Below are positions 35,901 through 43,754 of a stretch of DNA of 64,000 nucleotides, one piece after another; the first letter of the stretch is position 1; every line of letters starts with the position of its first letter. The position numbers and the translations under genes are program-made. Source of the DNA: a virus; the IMG/VR virus record IMGVR_UViG_3300045988_151219, positions 32,001-96,000 of that record; one strand, written 5' to 3'. A model generated the notes under the pieces. The model was not told where the DNA came from. It made no database searches and worked only from the letters and a program-made list of their open reading frames with translations.

Positions 35901-37150
35901 GCTTTAGAAACGTTGAAGTACATGAACCCAATGATTGATGAAGGCATTAAATCAAACAATCCTGCTATATGTTCATAGCAAGATAATTCATATAGCTTCC
36001 TAACCATTAAAAAGTTAGCACATGAAGTTTTGCCTGTATTATGTGATATAAACGGACCTACAGAATAGTTATGACAAGCTGCTATATTTAAATCTCGGCA
36101 ATATGATTTCTGTGTATATATTGATTTCACTTTGTCTACATAAATATCATATTTCTTTATTAAATAAGCAGTTGTTGTATTTACTCCAAAATCTTCTATT
36201 ATATGCTTATGTGCAAGCTCTCTAACTTGATATTCTACAGTCTGATTAAATTTCTCGTCCTGTAATATCTTCTTATGAAATAAAACTATATTATATCCAT
36301 CTGTTTCTACAGTTAAAGTTTGATTTTCTATCTTTGAGTTTATGCCAAATAAATCCAGCAAAGACTGTATGTCTCTTAAATAAGTCCTTGATTTTGAATA
36401 AACTTTATACTCTACTATAAGATTTTTGAGAACATAAGCTATTCCATTTCTATTTAATAGATAAATAGAAGGAGCTACGGTCTGATGTGATTTAGAGTAT
36501 AAAACTAAGCTGTCTAAAGTATCCTTTGTCATTTCCATCTTTCCAAAAGGACGCTCTGCTCGATGACAGATTAAATAATCAGACGGTTTTATACTTCCTA
36601 ATGTCCGCCATACTATATTAAATTTTCTGTCAAATATTCTAAACCTATGTTCCGGCGTTCCCTCAATTATTCTTCCTGATTCAAAAACAATTCGTTTAGT
36701 TTGTGCTACTCCACGGTCTTTTACTAAATTGATATCTTTAAATCCACCTTCAGTATAAACTTGAAGTCTTGGTAAAGTTACTTTTACTTTATCCGATAAC
36801 TTAACAGACGGCAGCTCTGCTATCTGTTTCAAAGTGAGTAACCCTAAAGAGGTCGGTATCTTAGTGTCTTCATGTAAGCACCCTAAACCACCTGATAAAA
36901 TGACTTCATTATATTTACCTCTGTTTGTTTCAAAAATATCAATTAATAAATTCTTCCAGTACGGATAAATGTAGGAACCCTCCACACCTACATAATATTC
37001 ATCATTCACCCACTGGGAAGCTGGAACCATAGGATACCGTAATTTTGGTTTTGAGAATAAATCCTTGCATTTAATCGCTTGTCTTAATATTGAGATAAGC
37101 TCGCTGGAATCTTTCTCATCCATTCCCTCGACTATGCTGTGGTCTGTCAT
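32933..37150 (-). CDS. terL: Terminase large subunit interrupted by three inteins
   Basis: Exteins join to a ~653-aa TerL. Walker A is SGGLG|TGKTS, Walker B region is SSVH|SIGMNIIGTILDEANFF, nuclease-domain motif is GKVDHPSDG|SKDVCDGIVGA. All three insertions begin with Cys and end HN followed by T or S. Confidence 0.9.
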   Translation of the reverse strand: MTDHSIVEGMDEKDSSELISILRQAIKCKDLFSKPKLRYPMVPASQWVNDEYYVGVEGSYIYPYWKNLLIDIFETNRGKYNEVILSGGLGCLHEDTKIPTSLGLLTLKQIAELPSVKLSDKVKVTLPRLQVYTEGGFKDINLVKDRGVAQTKRIVFESGRIIEGTPEHRFRIFDRKFNIVWRTLGSIKPSDYLICHRAERPFGKMEMTKDTLDSLVLYSKSHQTVAPSIYLLNRNGIAYVLKNLIVEYKVYSKSRTYLRDIQSLLDLFGINSKIENQTLTVETDGYNIVLFHKKILQDEKFNQTVEYQVRELAHKHIIEDFGVNTTTAYLIKKYDIYVDKVKSIYTQKSYCRDLNIAACHNYSVGPFISHNTGKTSCANFLMVRKLYELSCYEHIAGLFDLMPSSIIGFMYFNVSKAQAELTGYGQFKGMIDQIPYFRDRFQRNERLDSILQFPDNVMFMYGSSSVHCLDPNSMIMTSKGIVRAKQLTDKYFVYNGSEFKKVRYTYKATGEMYKVYTDTGRELITKDNHLHYTHRGFVETQHLEYGDLLFTGVNGYENTTTKSFKSIHKIENFNPKLLTLLGMIIGTGEIVYKNNIVIIDRFLTKNIDYIKEILPENTKIQDRAIAYSQITIQDLKLVNLLKKLEISEERKDRVIPDSIVNLKLEEQFYFFYGLFLSSGKLDKRTFSFTFSSSSLGQDLHNLLSCLGFQTTYHEKNLSKYLIYIVFLKNMSNERFCKLLPAEDRELRGAFLCKTKDSQPRGMKDSLQIESVVKIEYLGEQECYGASVEGELYTCNSLITHNSIGMNIIGTILDEANFFQKDAQSTQKSTMNYSKVADMYSSVVNRSASRFMSKGHDSSLSILVSSNTSTSSFTDKRIRESLLQGKDSKTKVVNARLWEVKPKGTYSDKCFYVFKGSNLIDPVIIKEVNDIRQYLESVNKTLTVKTDNIEEAIKSLDAYDKEQFIAIPEDFRKSFEINVTRSLQDIAGISVAPMGKLFNSRTTYLDSCTDNIIHPFYKDEISVATGDSIQVWDFLRKGYRPRNIDKPRYMHIDMSTTNDSTGIGMCYIDHWESTPSGVQLPYIIIDMKLKIKPPHAPRKISIQKIIDFIFYMREKWRIEYGYISQDQFQSSYSLQAFAEAGIPSGLESVDRTADAYLYYIQCMYEGRIKGYRYAPEEKELFDLLYFPDAGQNHGGKVDHPSDGCLLGNTLIKTPKGNVPMYALMNKKATLYSSTETGAIVESQMKKCWISKFIDSLYKITFSDGSVVKGTDNHLFRLSNLKYIRADKLSAGMSMLTDNPEPIIVTDIEKISFNGVKMPVYDIEMEKTDNFQLYNSIIVHNSKDVCDGIVGAVYNAFKHGSSASPGITQSSVGGMLDFYKDMNVDEDEGFTMQELLDIPNISAIKGD
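33134..33544 (-). mobile_element. TerL intein 3 (137-aa mini-intein) in the nuclease domain
   Basis: aa 1203-1339. Starts CLLGNTLIKTPKG, ends NSIIVHN, with +1 Ser. Confidence 0.8.
34748..35749 (-). mobile_element. TerL intein 2 (334 aa) with LAGLIDADG-type homing endonuclease
   Basis: aa 468-801. Starts CLDPNSMIMTSKG, ends NSLITHN, with +1 Ser. LAGLIDADG-like helices LLGMIIGTGEI and FFYGLFLSSGKL. Confidence 0.85.
36038..36880 (-). mobile_element. TerL intein 1 (281 aa) in the Walker A P-loop
   Basis: aa 91-371. Starts CLHEDTKIPTSLG, ends GPFISHN, with +1 Thr. Has a central endonuclease-like/linker domain. Confidence 0.85.
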
Positions 37151-37176
37151 GTGTTCCTCCTAAATTTTTCTTTCTA

Positions 37177-37187
37177 TAAGATATAAG
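37177..37187 (-). promoter_or_regulatory. CTTATATCTTA motif (candidate late-promoter element), copy 2
   Basis: Minus-strand CTTATATCTTA lies just 3' of the hairpin at 37192-37217 and 26 nt upstream of the TerL ATG. Identical 11-mer at 14998-15008. Confidence 0.25.
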
Positions 37188-37191
37188 AAAA

Positions 37192-37217
37192 GTGGAGCAG
37201 TTTTCACTCTGCTTCAC
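37192..37217 (-). terminator. Terminator-like hairpin in the 171-nt gap upstream of TerL
   Basis: Stem gtggagcag/ctgcttcac (one mismatch on the minus strand) with an 8-nt loop, followed on the minus strand by TTTTCTT. Confidence 0.4.
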
Positions 37218-37321
37218 AGTATAAATTTGAAATTCTCTTATAGAAGTCTGATTTTACAGTTTTGACATTTTTCTTAAAGTGTCAGAACTCATAAAGTCTT
37301 TTTGAAGCCTCTTACAAGCCA

Positions 37322-37921
37322 TTATACGTTGTTTTCGTCCGAATCTTCGGCAGTTATTGAGTCCACAGCGTTTGCGACAGGCTCTTTATTGATAACTTCC
37401 GACAAAACTTTGATAGCTTCCTCCGCTTTATCGTTAGGTAGTGCCATAATGCGGGACATCAGCTGCTCCTGCATAGAACCATTGGATGAAGAATTAATCT
37501 GATGGTTCTGAATAACAAACTTCCGCATTGTCTCCGCCATGTCTGTCAGATTCTTGTTTACCTGTTTATATATTTCCAGCTTGGTTTTGTCCGGATACAG
37601 GTCGAACTTATTCATGTCCAGCAAAGATTCTTCCATCTGTTCAAGTTTCTTTGCTAAAGAAATCTGTCTGCGTAAAGAATTAATAACTGTAAGCCCTAAA
37701 CCCATTGAAACTTTGTTACTGATGTTAGTAGTAGCTTTCTGAACATCATGCGGAGCTTCCGGTGAGTTACCGAAAGCGAACGCAATGAAGTTCCGTAAAT
37801 CTGTTTCAGACAACCCTGTATTGCTAAGGTCGATGTCTGAAATAATGTCATTAGTATCTTCTACTAAATCTACAGCTGATTCCACATTGTCCAAATCATA
37901 ATCAGAAGAAACTGTTTTCAT
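37322..37921 (-). CDS. Hypothetical protein; small-terminase candidate by position only
   Basis: 199 aa with acidic ends and a helical centre. It is the gene immediately upstream of TerL. Confidence 0.55.
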   Translation of the reverse strand: MKTVSSDYDLDNVESAVDLVEDTNDIISDIDLSNTGLSETDLRNFIAFAFGNSPEAPHDVQKATTNISNKVSMGLGLTVINSLRRQISLAKKLEQMEESLLDMNKFDLYPDKTKLEIYKQVNKNLTDMAETMRKFVIQNHQINSSSNGSMQEQLMSRIMALPNDKAEEAIKVLSEVINKEPVANAVDSITAEDSDENNV

Positions 37922-40900
37922 GTACTAACTTTCCTTTCCTTGACCACTTAATATAACGAACTCCGAAGCCTTGACTTCTTCTAAGCTTTATCAAGTACGG
38001 GTCGACCTTAGGTCTGTCTTTTGTCTTGATTGTTATAGGACTTGACACTGCCTGATAACGCTTGTCTGAAAGTTTCATTGCTCCGTCAACTATTATATTA
38101 TACTTGTTTTCGTCAGTGGCGTTTCTAAATTCAACCTGGAAAGTTTCTCCTTCTCTAATATCAGCTGTGCTTGGGAATGTTACTATCTCTACCGGAGGCT
38201 CTGCTGATGTAGAAACTTTTACTAATGTTTCTGCCTCATTATTGATAGTAACATAAGGTCTCGGCTCTACTTCTATTGTAACATCAGCATCGATTAATTT
38301 AAATTCCTTGCCTTCCTTAAGTATTCCTACTAAAGGCTCTTTTATTTTATATCCTGGCTTAGGAATAATTTTTATCTTGCTACCTACAAATAATGAAGTA
38401 TCCCCATCATGAATTACAGCATTTTCTACTGTCTTGACTTTCACATGTGTTTCGTCCGGAATATGTATAGTAGCAGGAATTTTCTTATGCTCACAATCAA
38501 CCGTTACTACAGGACCTGAAACTTTGTAAGAATATCCGTCAGGAATAGAAGCTTGAAGTTCAGCCCCAGTTACTTTCATATCATATTTATCCTTAAGTGA
38601 AGTGACCCTAAAGAATACTTTAAAGATTTCTTCATTATGGAGCAAGTGTGATGGGAAAGTAGTTACTTCATTGTCCTGTACTAATATCTTAAGTAATGAA
38701 TCTTTGTTATTGTATAAGATAACTGTAGGCTCTTCTTCTACATCTACTTCTACTTCTTTAGCTACTATAGTAAATTTGTTCGGGTCAGATGTCGCCTTAA
38801 GTCCTTTTAATAATGTAGGATTTATTTTAAAGAATTTCTTCGGCACTATCTTTATAACATCGGTAGTAGATATAGATGTATCACCATCATGGATTTCTCT
38901 ACCATCTGATTCAGCTGTTACAGTTACATTAGCTGCATGTTTAATCTTAATATGAGACGATACTACTTTCATAACAGCAGATATATTTACATCAGTAGTT
39001 CCTACACGATATCTATGTTCAGAAGGTGTAGCAGTTGCTCCGGTAACATTAATATCATATAAAGGTTTATAAAGGTCTTCATCTCTATATTCAATGACTA
39101 TTTCCTGGGTCTGATGAATTTTATCCGAACACGGGAACGTATCAATATTGTTACGTACACTATTCCAATAATAAGATACTGAAATAATATCCGGATTATC
39201 GTTATTAATTGTAACAAACGGAACAGGCTCTATTTCTATAGTGACATTCTCATCCGTGATTTCATAAAGATACCCCAGTTTTTGAACAGCACCTACTACA
39301 GATTTTACTCTATATTCATAAGAATATGGAGGTCTTTGAATCTTAAGCTTATCACCTATTGCTAATGAGTAGTCATTATCATAGATTGGCTCATTACTCA
39401 TATTAGTGACGTTAGTGTGTTCTTTATCCAAAATATGAATCTTTGCTTTATGATTTGCTTTAATAATAATAGGACTGCTCAATGCTGTATACATCATTTC
39501 AGATTTATGATTAGCAGCTATAACCGATAGTTTATAATCATTCAAATAACTCGGATTTATCCACTCTATAAGGAAATCTTGATTATCATGAATGGTATCA
39601 GAATTTGGATATGTCGTTAATGTTACTATAGGTGGGTCTACTGTTTTTACAGCTACAATATCAGGATTCTCATTATCTATCATAACGCAATGAGCTTCCT
39701 CTACATTAATAACTACTGATGTAGCATCTTCCCTAACTATATACGTTACTTTTGTACTGGAGTAAGTATGATATACTTCGATACTATCAGAAAAAGTTAT
39801 ATTGATATATTTTTTAAATGCTGGGAGTTCAACAGTAAATTTATCGCCTCTCCTAAGAACTGTACCATTTACTAAATCAGAGCCGTCTCTAATGTTAGTA
39901 ATCTTTACTTTTGTAGTATTAGATTCTAATTTTAAAACTATTTGAGGGTCATACCGTAAATCAATTTTAAAATTAGTTGAATCATCGCTGGGGATTGTAA
40001 ATCCACGTTCATTTTTTGCTGTTATAATATAATCATTTTTATATTCATCTTTTAACTCAACCTTAAAAGGCTCACCTGCATGGAAAATATTAGACGGTAG
40101 TGTTGATGTTGTAGGACCATATATTGAAGTTACGCCTTTTATTTTATCCCTGTCTGCAGGTTCTCGCATATCTAAATTTAATGTGAGTTTTTCCGGCATA
40201 TCGGGTATAGTAACCGTGTCAATTGGAACGTTTTTAATCTGGCATACAAAGTAATGTTGACCATCTAATTCATCATATTTCCAGGGACCCGACTCATTCA
40301 TTGTTGTATTATCAGGGATTTTTAAATAATACCTGGCGTCTGTCATGATAACGCGGAATTTATCTCCGGTTTTCATAACAGTATCGTTGGGAATTACTTC
40401 TTCACTATCGATTTTAATAACTTTACATTTAGTAGTATTAGGAATTTTTAGAGTTACATTTTTGCCTTTAAATTTTATATCGATATAGACTCTACCAATA
40501 CGTGTAGCTTTATAGATATGATTTTCAGCATCTTCTAACTCAAACCCTTTATCTGCATCAGACATATCTACATAGAATCCATCTTTAAAAGTGAGTTGAA
40601 ATCTATCACCTTTGCAAAGCATCGTATAGATAGTTCCTACAGGAATTTCTTTATTATATCTTAAATGAGTACAATGAATATCTGCTTGAGTCTCAAAATC
40701 AGAAGAAACAATAAATCTCTGTAATCTTTCTACTTCTTTGTCAATTAACGTAATTTCCTGGACGTTGGCTCTAAACGTACATTCTTCGGATGAATCATCT
40801 TCCGGCGGATTAACCCACATTATGTAACTATTATCATCCAAAGCCTCAACGTCAGCCCCCGCAAAATAATTTAAGTCTTTAGGCTTTACTTTAATTACAT

Positions 40901-41252
40901 CATTTACATAAAGCTCTGTAGTGTCTGTAATCTTTGTACCGTCAACTTTATATAAATCTACATTAGCGTTGTTTGTAATCTTTAAATATGGAAGCTGTTT
41001 ACTTTTATCTTTATAGCCCAAAATAAAATTCGTTTCATCTTTAACTTTTATTTTTGTGTTAAATCCACTTGTGGAAATTACTTCTGCACAACCTCCATAA
41101 ATATGTGGAACTTTATCAGCATCCATAGTTAAAATATCAAGTATATCCCCAATAGAGACTAAAGACGCTTCGGTTACAGGCTGTCCAGTTGTTTCATTAG
41201 TAATATTAAATAATGACCCTTTTTGAAATATTCGTTTTATCTTAGTTGCCAT
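37902..41252 (-). CDS. 1116-aa modular beta-domain repeat protein (fibre, decoration or adhesin-like)
   Basis: Alternating repeat modules (see repeat feature). Many small x-V-x-I-...-GD-K-[FI]-x-V units in the N-terminal half. No enzymatic motif recognised. Confidence 0.7.
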   Translation of the reverse strand: MATKIKRIFQKGSLFNITNETTGQPVTEASLVSIGDILDILTMDADKVPHIYGGCAEVISTSGFNTKIKVKDETNFILGYKDKSKQLPYLKITNNANVDLYKVDGTKITDTTELYVNDVIKVKPKDLNYFAGADVEALDDNSYIMWVNPPEDDSSEECTFRANVQEITLIDKEVERLQRFIVSSDFETQADIHCTHLRYNKEIPVGTIYTMLCKGDRFQLTFKDGFYVDMSDADKGFELEDAENHIYKATRIGRVYIDIKFKGKNVTLKIPNTTKCKVIKIDSEEVIPNDTVMKTGDKFRVIMTDARYYLKIPDNTTMNESGPWKYDELDGQHYFVCQIKNVPIDTVTIPDMPEKLTLNLDMREPADRDKIKGVTSIYGPTTSTLPSNIFHAGEPFKVELKDEYKNDYIITAKNERGFTIPSDDSTNFKIDLRYDPQIVLKLESNTTKVKITNIRDGSDLVNGTVLRRGDKFTVELPAFKKYINITFSDSIEVYHTYSSTKVTYIVREDATSVVINVEEAHCVMIDNENPDIVAVKTVDPPIVTLTTYPNSDTIHDNQDFLIEWINPSYLNDYKLSVIAANHKSEMMYTALSSPIIIKANHKAKIHILDKEHTNVTNMSNEPIYDNDYSLAIGDKLKIQRPPYSYEYRVKSVVGAVQKLGYLYEITDENVTIEIEPVPFVTINNDNPDIISVSYYWNSVRNNIDTFPCSDKIHQTQEIVIEYRDEDLYKPLYDINVTGATATPSEHRYRVGTTDVNISAVMKVVSSHIKIKHAANVTVTAESDGREIHDGDTSISTTDVIKIVPKKFFKINPTLLKGLKATSDPNKFTIVAKEVEVDVEEEPTVILYNNKDSLLKILVQDNEVTTFPSHLLHNEEIFKVFFRVTSLKDKYDMKVTGAELQASIPDGYSYKVSGPVVTVDCEHKKIPATIHIPDETHVKVKTVENAVIHDGDTSLFVGSKIKIIPKPGYKIKEPLVGILKEGKEFKLIDADVTIEVEPRPYVTINNEAETLVKVSTSAEPPVEIVTFPSTADIREGETFQVEFRNATDENKYNIIVDGAMKLSDKRYQAVSSPITIKTKDRPKVDPYLIKLRRSQGFGVRYIKWSRKGKLVHENSFF
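38013..39695 (-). repeat. Internal ~160-aa two-module protein repeats (3.5-4 copies)
   Basis: A modules: VMIDNENPDIVAVKTVD, VTINNDNPDIISVSYYW, VILYNNKDSLLKILVQD, VTINNEAETLVKVSTSA. B modules: ..IHDGDTSISTTDVIKIVPKKFFKI, ..IHDGDTSLFVGSKIKIIPKPGYKI, ..IYDNDYSLAIGDKLKIQRPPYSY, each ending VTIE[IV]EP.P[FY]V. Confidence 0.7.
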
Positions 41253-41305
41253 ATCAACACCTCTTAAAAATAAAGTACCTAATTAAAATATATTAGCAAT
41301 TTAAA

Positions 41306-41329
41306 ATAGAAGACTTTTTAGTCTTCTAT
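41306..41329 (-). terminator. Rho-independent terminator after 41338-41640
   Basis: Stem atagaagact/agtcttctat with a 4-nt loop. On the minus strand it is followed by TTTTAAATT. Confidence 0.6.
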
Positions 41330-41337
41330 TTATCTTA

Positions 41338-41640
41338 TTACTCTTTAAATTTTACTCCGAAACCGTATGTTTTAATCAATCTTTCGTTTGATGTGTCTTC
41401 TTGTATCGGCTCTTCCTGAAATTCATCTTGCTGTTCATTTAACTCATTCACTGTCTCATTTATATCTTCTTGTATCGGCTCTTCATCTTTGATTAAATCA
41501 GTCGCTTCTTCTATTGGAGTGTCTGTAAGGATTTCTCCAGGAACTTCTGCTTTTTCTACTTCTTCTTTCTCTTCTACTGTTTCCTGTACTACTTCATTTA
41601 AATTTTCCTGGTCTTCTACTACTTTCTTAGTTCTCGGCAT
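41338..41640 (-). CDS. Highly acidic 100-aa protein
   Basis: E/D-rich throughout. The C-terminus LIKTYGFGVKFKE resembles the C-terminus LIKLRRSQGFGVRYIKW of the 1116-aa protein. Confidence 0.6.
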   Translation of the reverse strand: MPRTKKVVEDQENLNEVVQETVEEKEEVEKAEVPGEILTDTPIEEATDLIKDEEPIQEDINETVNELNEQQDEFQEEPIQEDTSNERLIKTYGFGVKFKE

Positions 41641-41641
41641 T

Positions 41642-42004
41642 TTACTTCTCCTTTACTTGTTTAATATAATTTTCTATCTTAGTACATATATCTTTAACTG
41701 CCTGCGGCTTTTTCTTAAATATTATAGCTGCTGAGGATACAGAATCTTCTGTATTATTTCTTTTCTTACAATATAGATATATCTTAACAGATGAAATTAA
41801 ATTTGACAAATATTCTCTCTTGGGATATCTAACTTGCTGTCCTGCCATTGCATCTAAATACATAAGAAATCTATCCTGGAAAATTAGCTGTATTAAATCG
41901 GCATTCAGCTTAGGATTTATTACTGTCAGTGAGTCTACAAGTATATCAACTTCTTCCTGATTTAAGTTGAAAATTAATAAAGAACCTGCACTTTGATTTT
42001 CCAT
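41642..42004 (-). CDS. Hypothetical protein
   Basis: Start placed at ATG 42004 (MENQSAG..), which overlaps the upstream stop as TAATG. Confidence 0.55.
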   Translation of the reverse strand: MENQSAGSLLIFNLNQEEVDILVDSLTVINPKLNADLIQLIFQDRFLMYLDAMAGQQVRYPKREYLSNLISSVKIYLYCKKRNNTEDSVSSAAIIFKKKPQAVKDICTKIENYIKQVKEK

Positions 42005-42561
42005 TAATTGACCTCGTTTCCCCATGAATCCCAGCCTTCTCTTATATCCCTTGCAAATAGTTCTATTTTCTCTGTGTTAGGAAACATAGATTCTATCATA
42101 TTATATACATGTTCAGGCTTCTGTGAGTGTTTTTTCACTTTTTCAGAAAAGACGTCTGCCCATTTACCTTGCTCTTCTTTTACAGGCTTTAGTATATTTC
42201 CCTTTTTGTAACACCACAAGAGATATTCATGTTGATAACGTATTGTAAAAGCTGCCGGAATACCTGTGACTTTATCCCAAACAATTCTTGCATGTAATGA
42301 ATATCCTAAGTCATGCATCATCTTCTCTGTTTGAAATAAATATTTCTCTATCGTCCAAACAAAAAAATTATGCTTTTCTTCTGTCTTTACTTGTTGAAGT
42401 ATATTCTTTATATCATTTAAAGACATTGTAGGATAATCTAAATTTTTTCCGCTTGAGTTAGGTCTTGCCACTTTCTTCCCGCCTTTCTTTTGTTCCCACG
42501 GAGGGTCAGCATAAATTATGCTATATTTTTTATTATTGCTTTTTAAATCCGTTATGACCAT
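42004..42561 (-). CDS. MT-A70-family N6-adenine DNA methyltransferase
   Basis: SIIYADPPWEQ (DPPW catalytic motif) and HSQKPEHVYNMIESMF. Confidence 0.8.
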   Translation of the reverse strand: MVITDLKSNNKKYSIIYADPPWEQKKGGKKVARPNSSGKNLDYPTMSLNDIKNILQQVKTEEKHNFFVWTIEKYLFQTEKMMHDLGYSLHARIVWDKVTGIPAAFTIRYQHEYLLWCYKKGNILKPVKEEQGKWADVFSEKVKKHSQKPEHVYNMIESMFPNTEKIELFARDIREGWDSWGNEVN

Positions 42562-42594
42562 TTAAATATCTCCTATTATAATAAAACTTTTTAG

Positions 42595-43173
42595 TTAGTT
42601 TATCCACTTTATAATAGGGTCTCCTGTATAACCCTTCTCCCAAACATACCAGGCGAAAGCTACAGCCCCACCTTTAGGTAATGTCCTGTCATTATTTTTA
42701 TAAGTAGTTATACGTCTTCTTGCTACATATAAAGTCTTAAGCGGAAACTCTTCAAATAGTCTTGCTCTTCCCTGGCTTTCTAAAAAGAGTAGCCTAAGGA
42801 ACATACATACTTTTCTTCCCTCCGGAACTAAAGCCATAGCATGTGCTACAAACTCTTCCGCTGCATGATACGGTGGATTAGTTGCTATATCCCCATCCCA
42901 TTTATTTAAACATTTAAAGAAGTCTATTCCAATTTCTCCATATCCGCGGTCTACTAAGTCAGAAGCTCTTCCTAAAACTCCTTTCTCTTTAAAGACTTTA
43001 GCAAGTTCCCCATCTCCGCAAGCACATTCCCAAACATTATTTAAGCTTTCTACCTCTAAAAGAAGATACGCCGCTATATTATCAGTAGCATAAAAATCGT
43101 ATTCCTCTCTCTTGTCTTTAGAGTGGTTGGAAGCTCCCATTGTTACAAATACATTTTTGTTTGACTTTGCCAT
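42595..43173 (-). CDS. N6-adenine DNA methyltransferase (NPPY type)
   Basis: ECACGDGEL (SAM-binding motif I-like) and DIATNPPYHAAEEF. Confidence 0.75.
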   Translation of the reverse strand: MAKSNKNVFVTMGASNHSKDKREEYDFYATDNIAAYLLLEVESLNNVWECACGDGELAKVFKEKGVLGRASDLVDRGYGEIGIDFFKCLNKWDGDIATNPPYHAAEEFVAHAMALVPEGRKVCMFLRLLFLESQGRARLFEEFPLKTLYVARRRITTYKNNDRTLPKGGAVAFAWYVWEKGYTGDPIIKWIN

Positions 43174-43174
43174 T

Positions 43175-43750
43175 CTACCACCCCCTATATTTTGATAAAT
43201 AAAGTAACTTCCATAAGAACATAGCCTGTATTATATTATTCCTCGATGTATTAGGTTCTTTATCTGTCTTGATATACCTCTCTATCTTAAACCCTAACTC
43301 CGTAAGTGAGTTCGCTAAATCTTCTTTGTCTTGCTCATTCTTGCAGTATTCATCTAAGCTTTCAAGCTGTAGATTTAATATAGAGAAGTCTATTCCGCTA
43401 AACTGTGTATTGCATATAGATTCTGTATTCGTATCCATAATAGTTGAATCTACAGCAAAATCTTTATTCATCTTATATACATAGTTATGAATCTCATTCC
43501 TTATTCCTGTATATAAATAGTTAAATAAAGAAGCTTTCTTTGGATTATAATTTGACCTCTGTAATAAAGACAAAGCTTTATATAATCCTACCTGCTTTAA
43601 ATCTTCTTTGTCAAAAGCCGGATTAGAATAGAAATGCCTTGCCATTACTATATCACATAAGTTACATATGTTTTTATAACCATTTTCGGTTAGTCTGAAT
43701 TTGAAGTCTTCTGTGTAAAAGTCTTCTATTTTAACGTCTATCTTCTGCAA
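43175..43750 (-). CDS. Sigma-factor-like protein (T4 gp55-like late sigma candidate)
   Basis: 191 aa. DKEDLKQVGLYKALSLLQRSNYNPKKASLFNYLYTGIRNEIHNYVYKMNK resembles sigma region 2 and the gp55 block ..[31 protein letters not shown]. Confidence 0.45.
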   Translation of the reverse strand: MQKIDVKIEDFYTEDFKFRLTENGYKNICNLCDIVMARHFYSNPAFDKEDLKQVGLYKALSLLQRSNYNPKKASLFNYLYTGIRNEIHNYVYKMNKDFAVDSTIMDTNTESICNTQFSGIDFSILNLQLESLDEYCKNEQDKEDLANSLTELGFKIERYIKTDKEPNTSRNNIIQAMFLWKLLYLSKYRGW

Positions 43751-43754
43751 TTTA

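Noticed and set aside
37241-37300. Sigma70-type promoter using the TTGACA-like words in the gap upstream of TerL
   Set aside because: No acceptable -10 hexamer lies at 16-18 nt spacing on either strand. The words are part of a weak inverted repeat.
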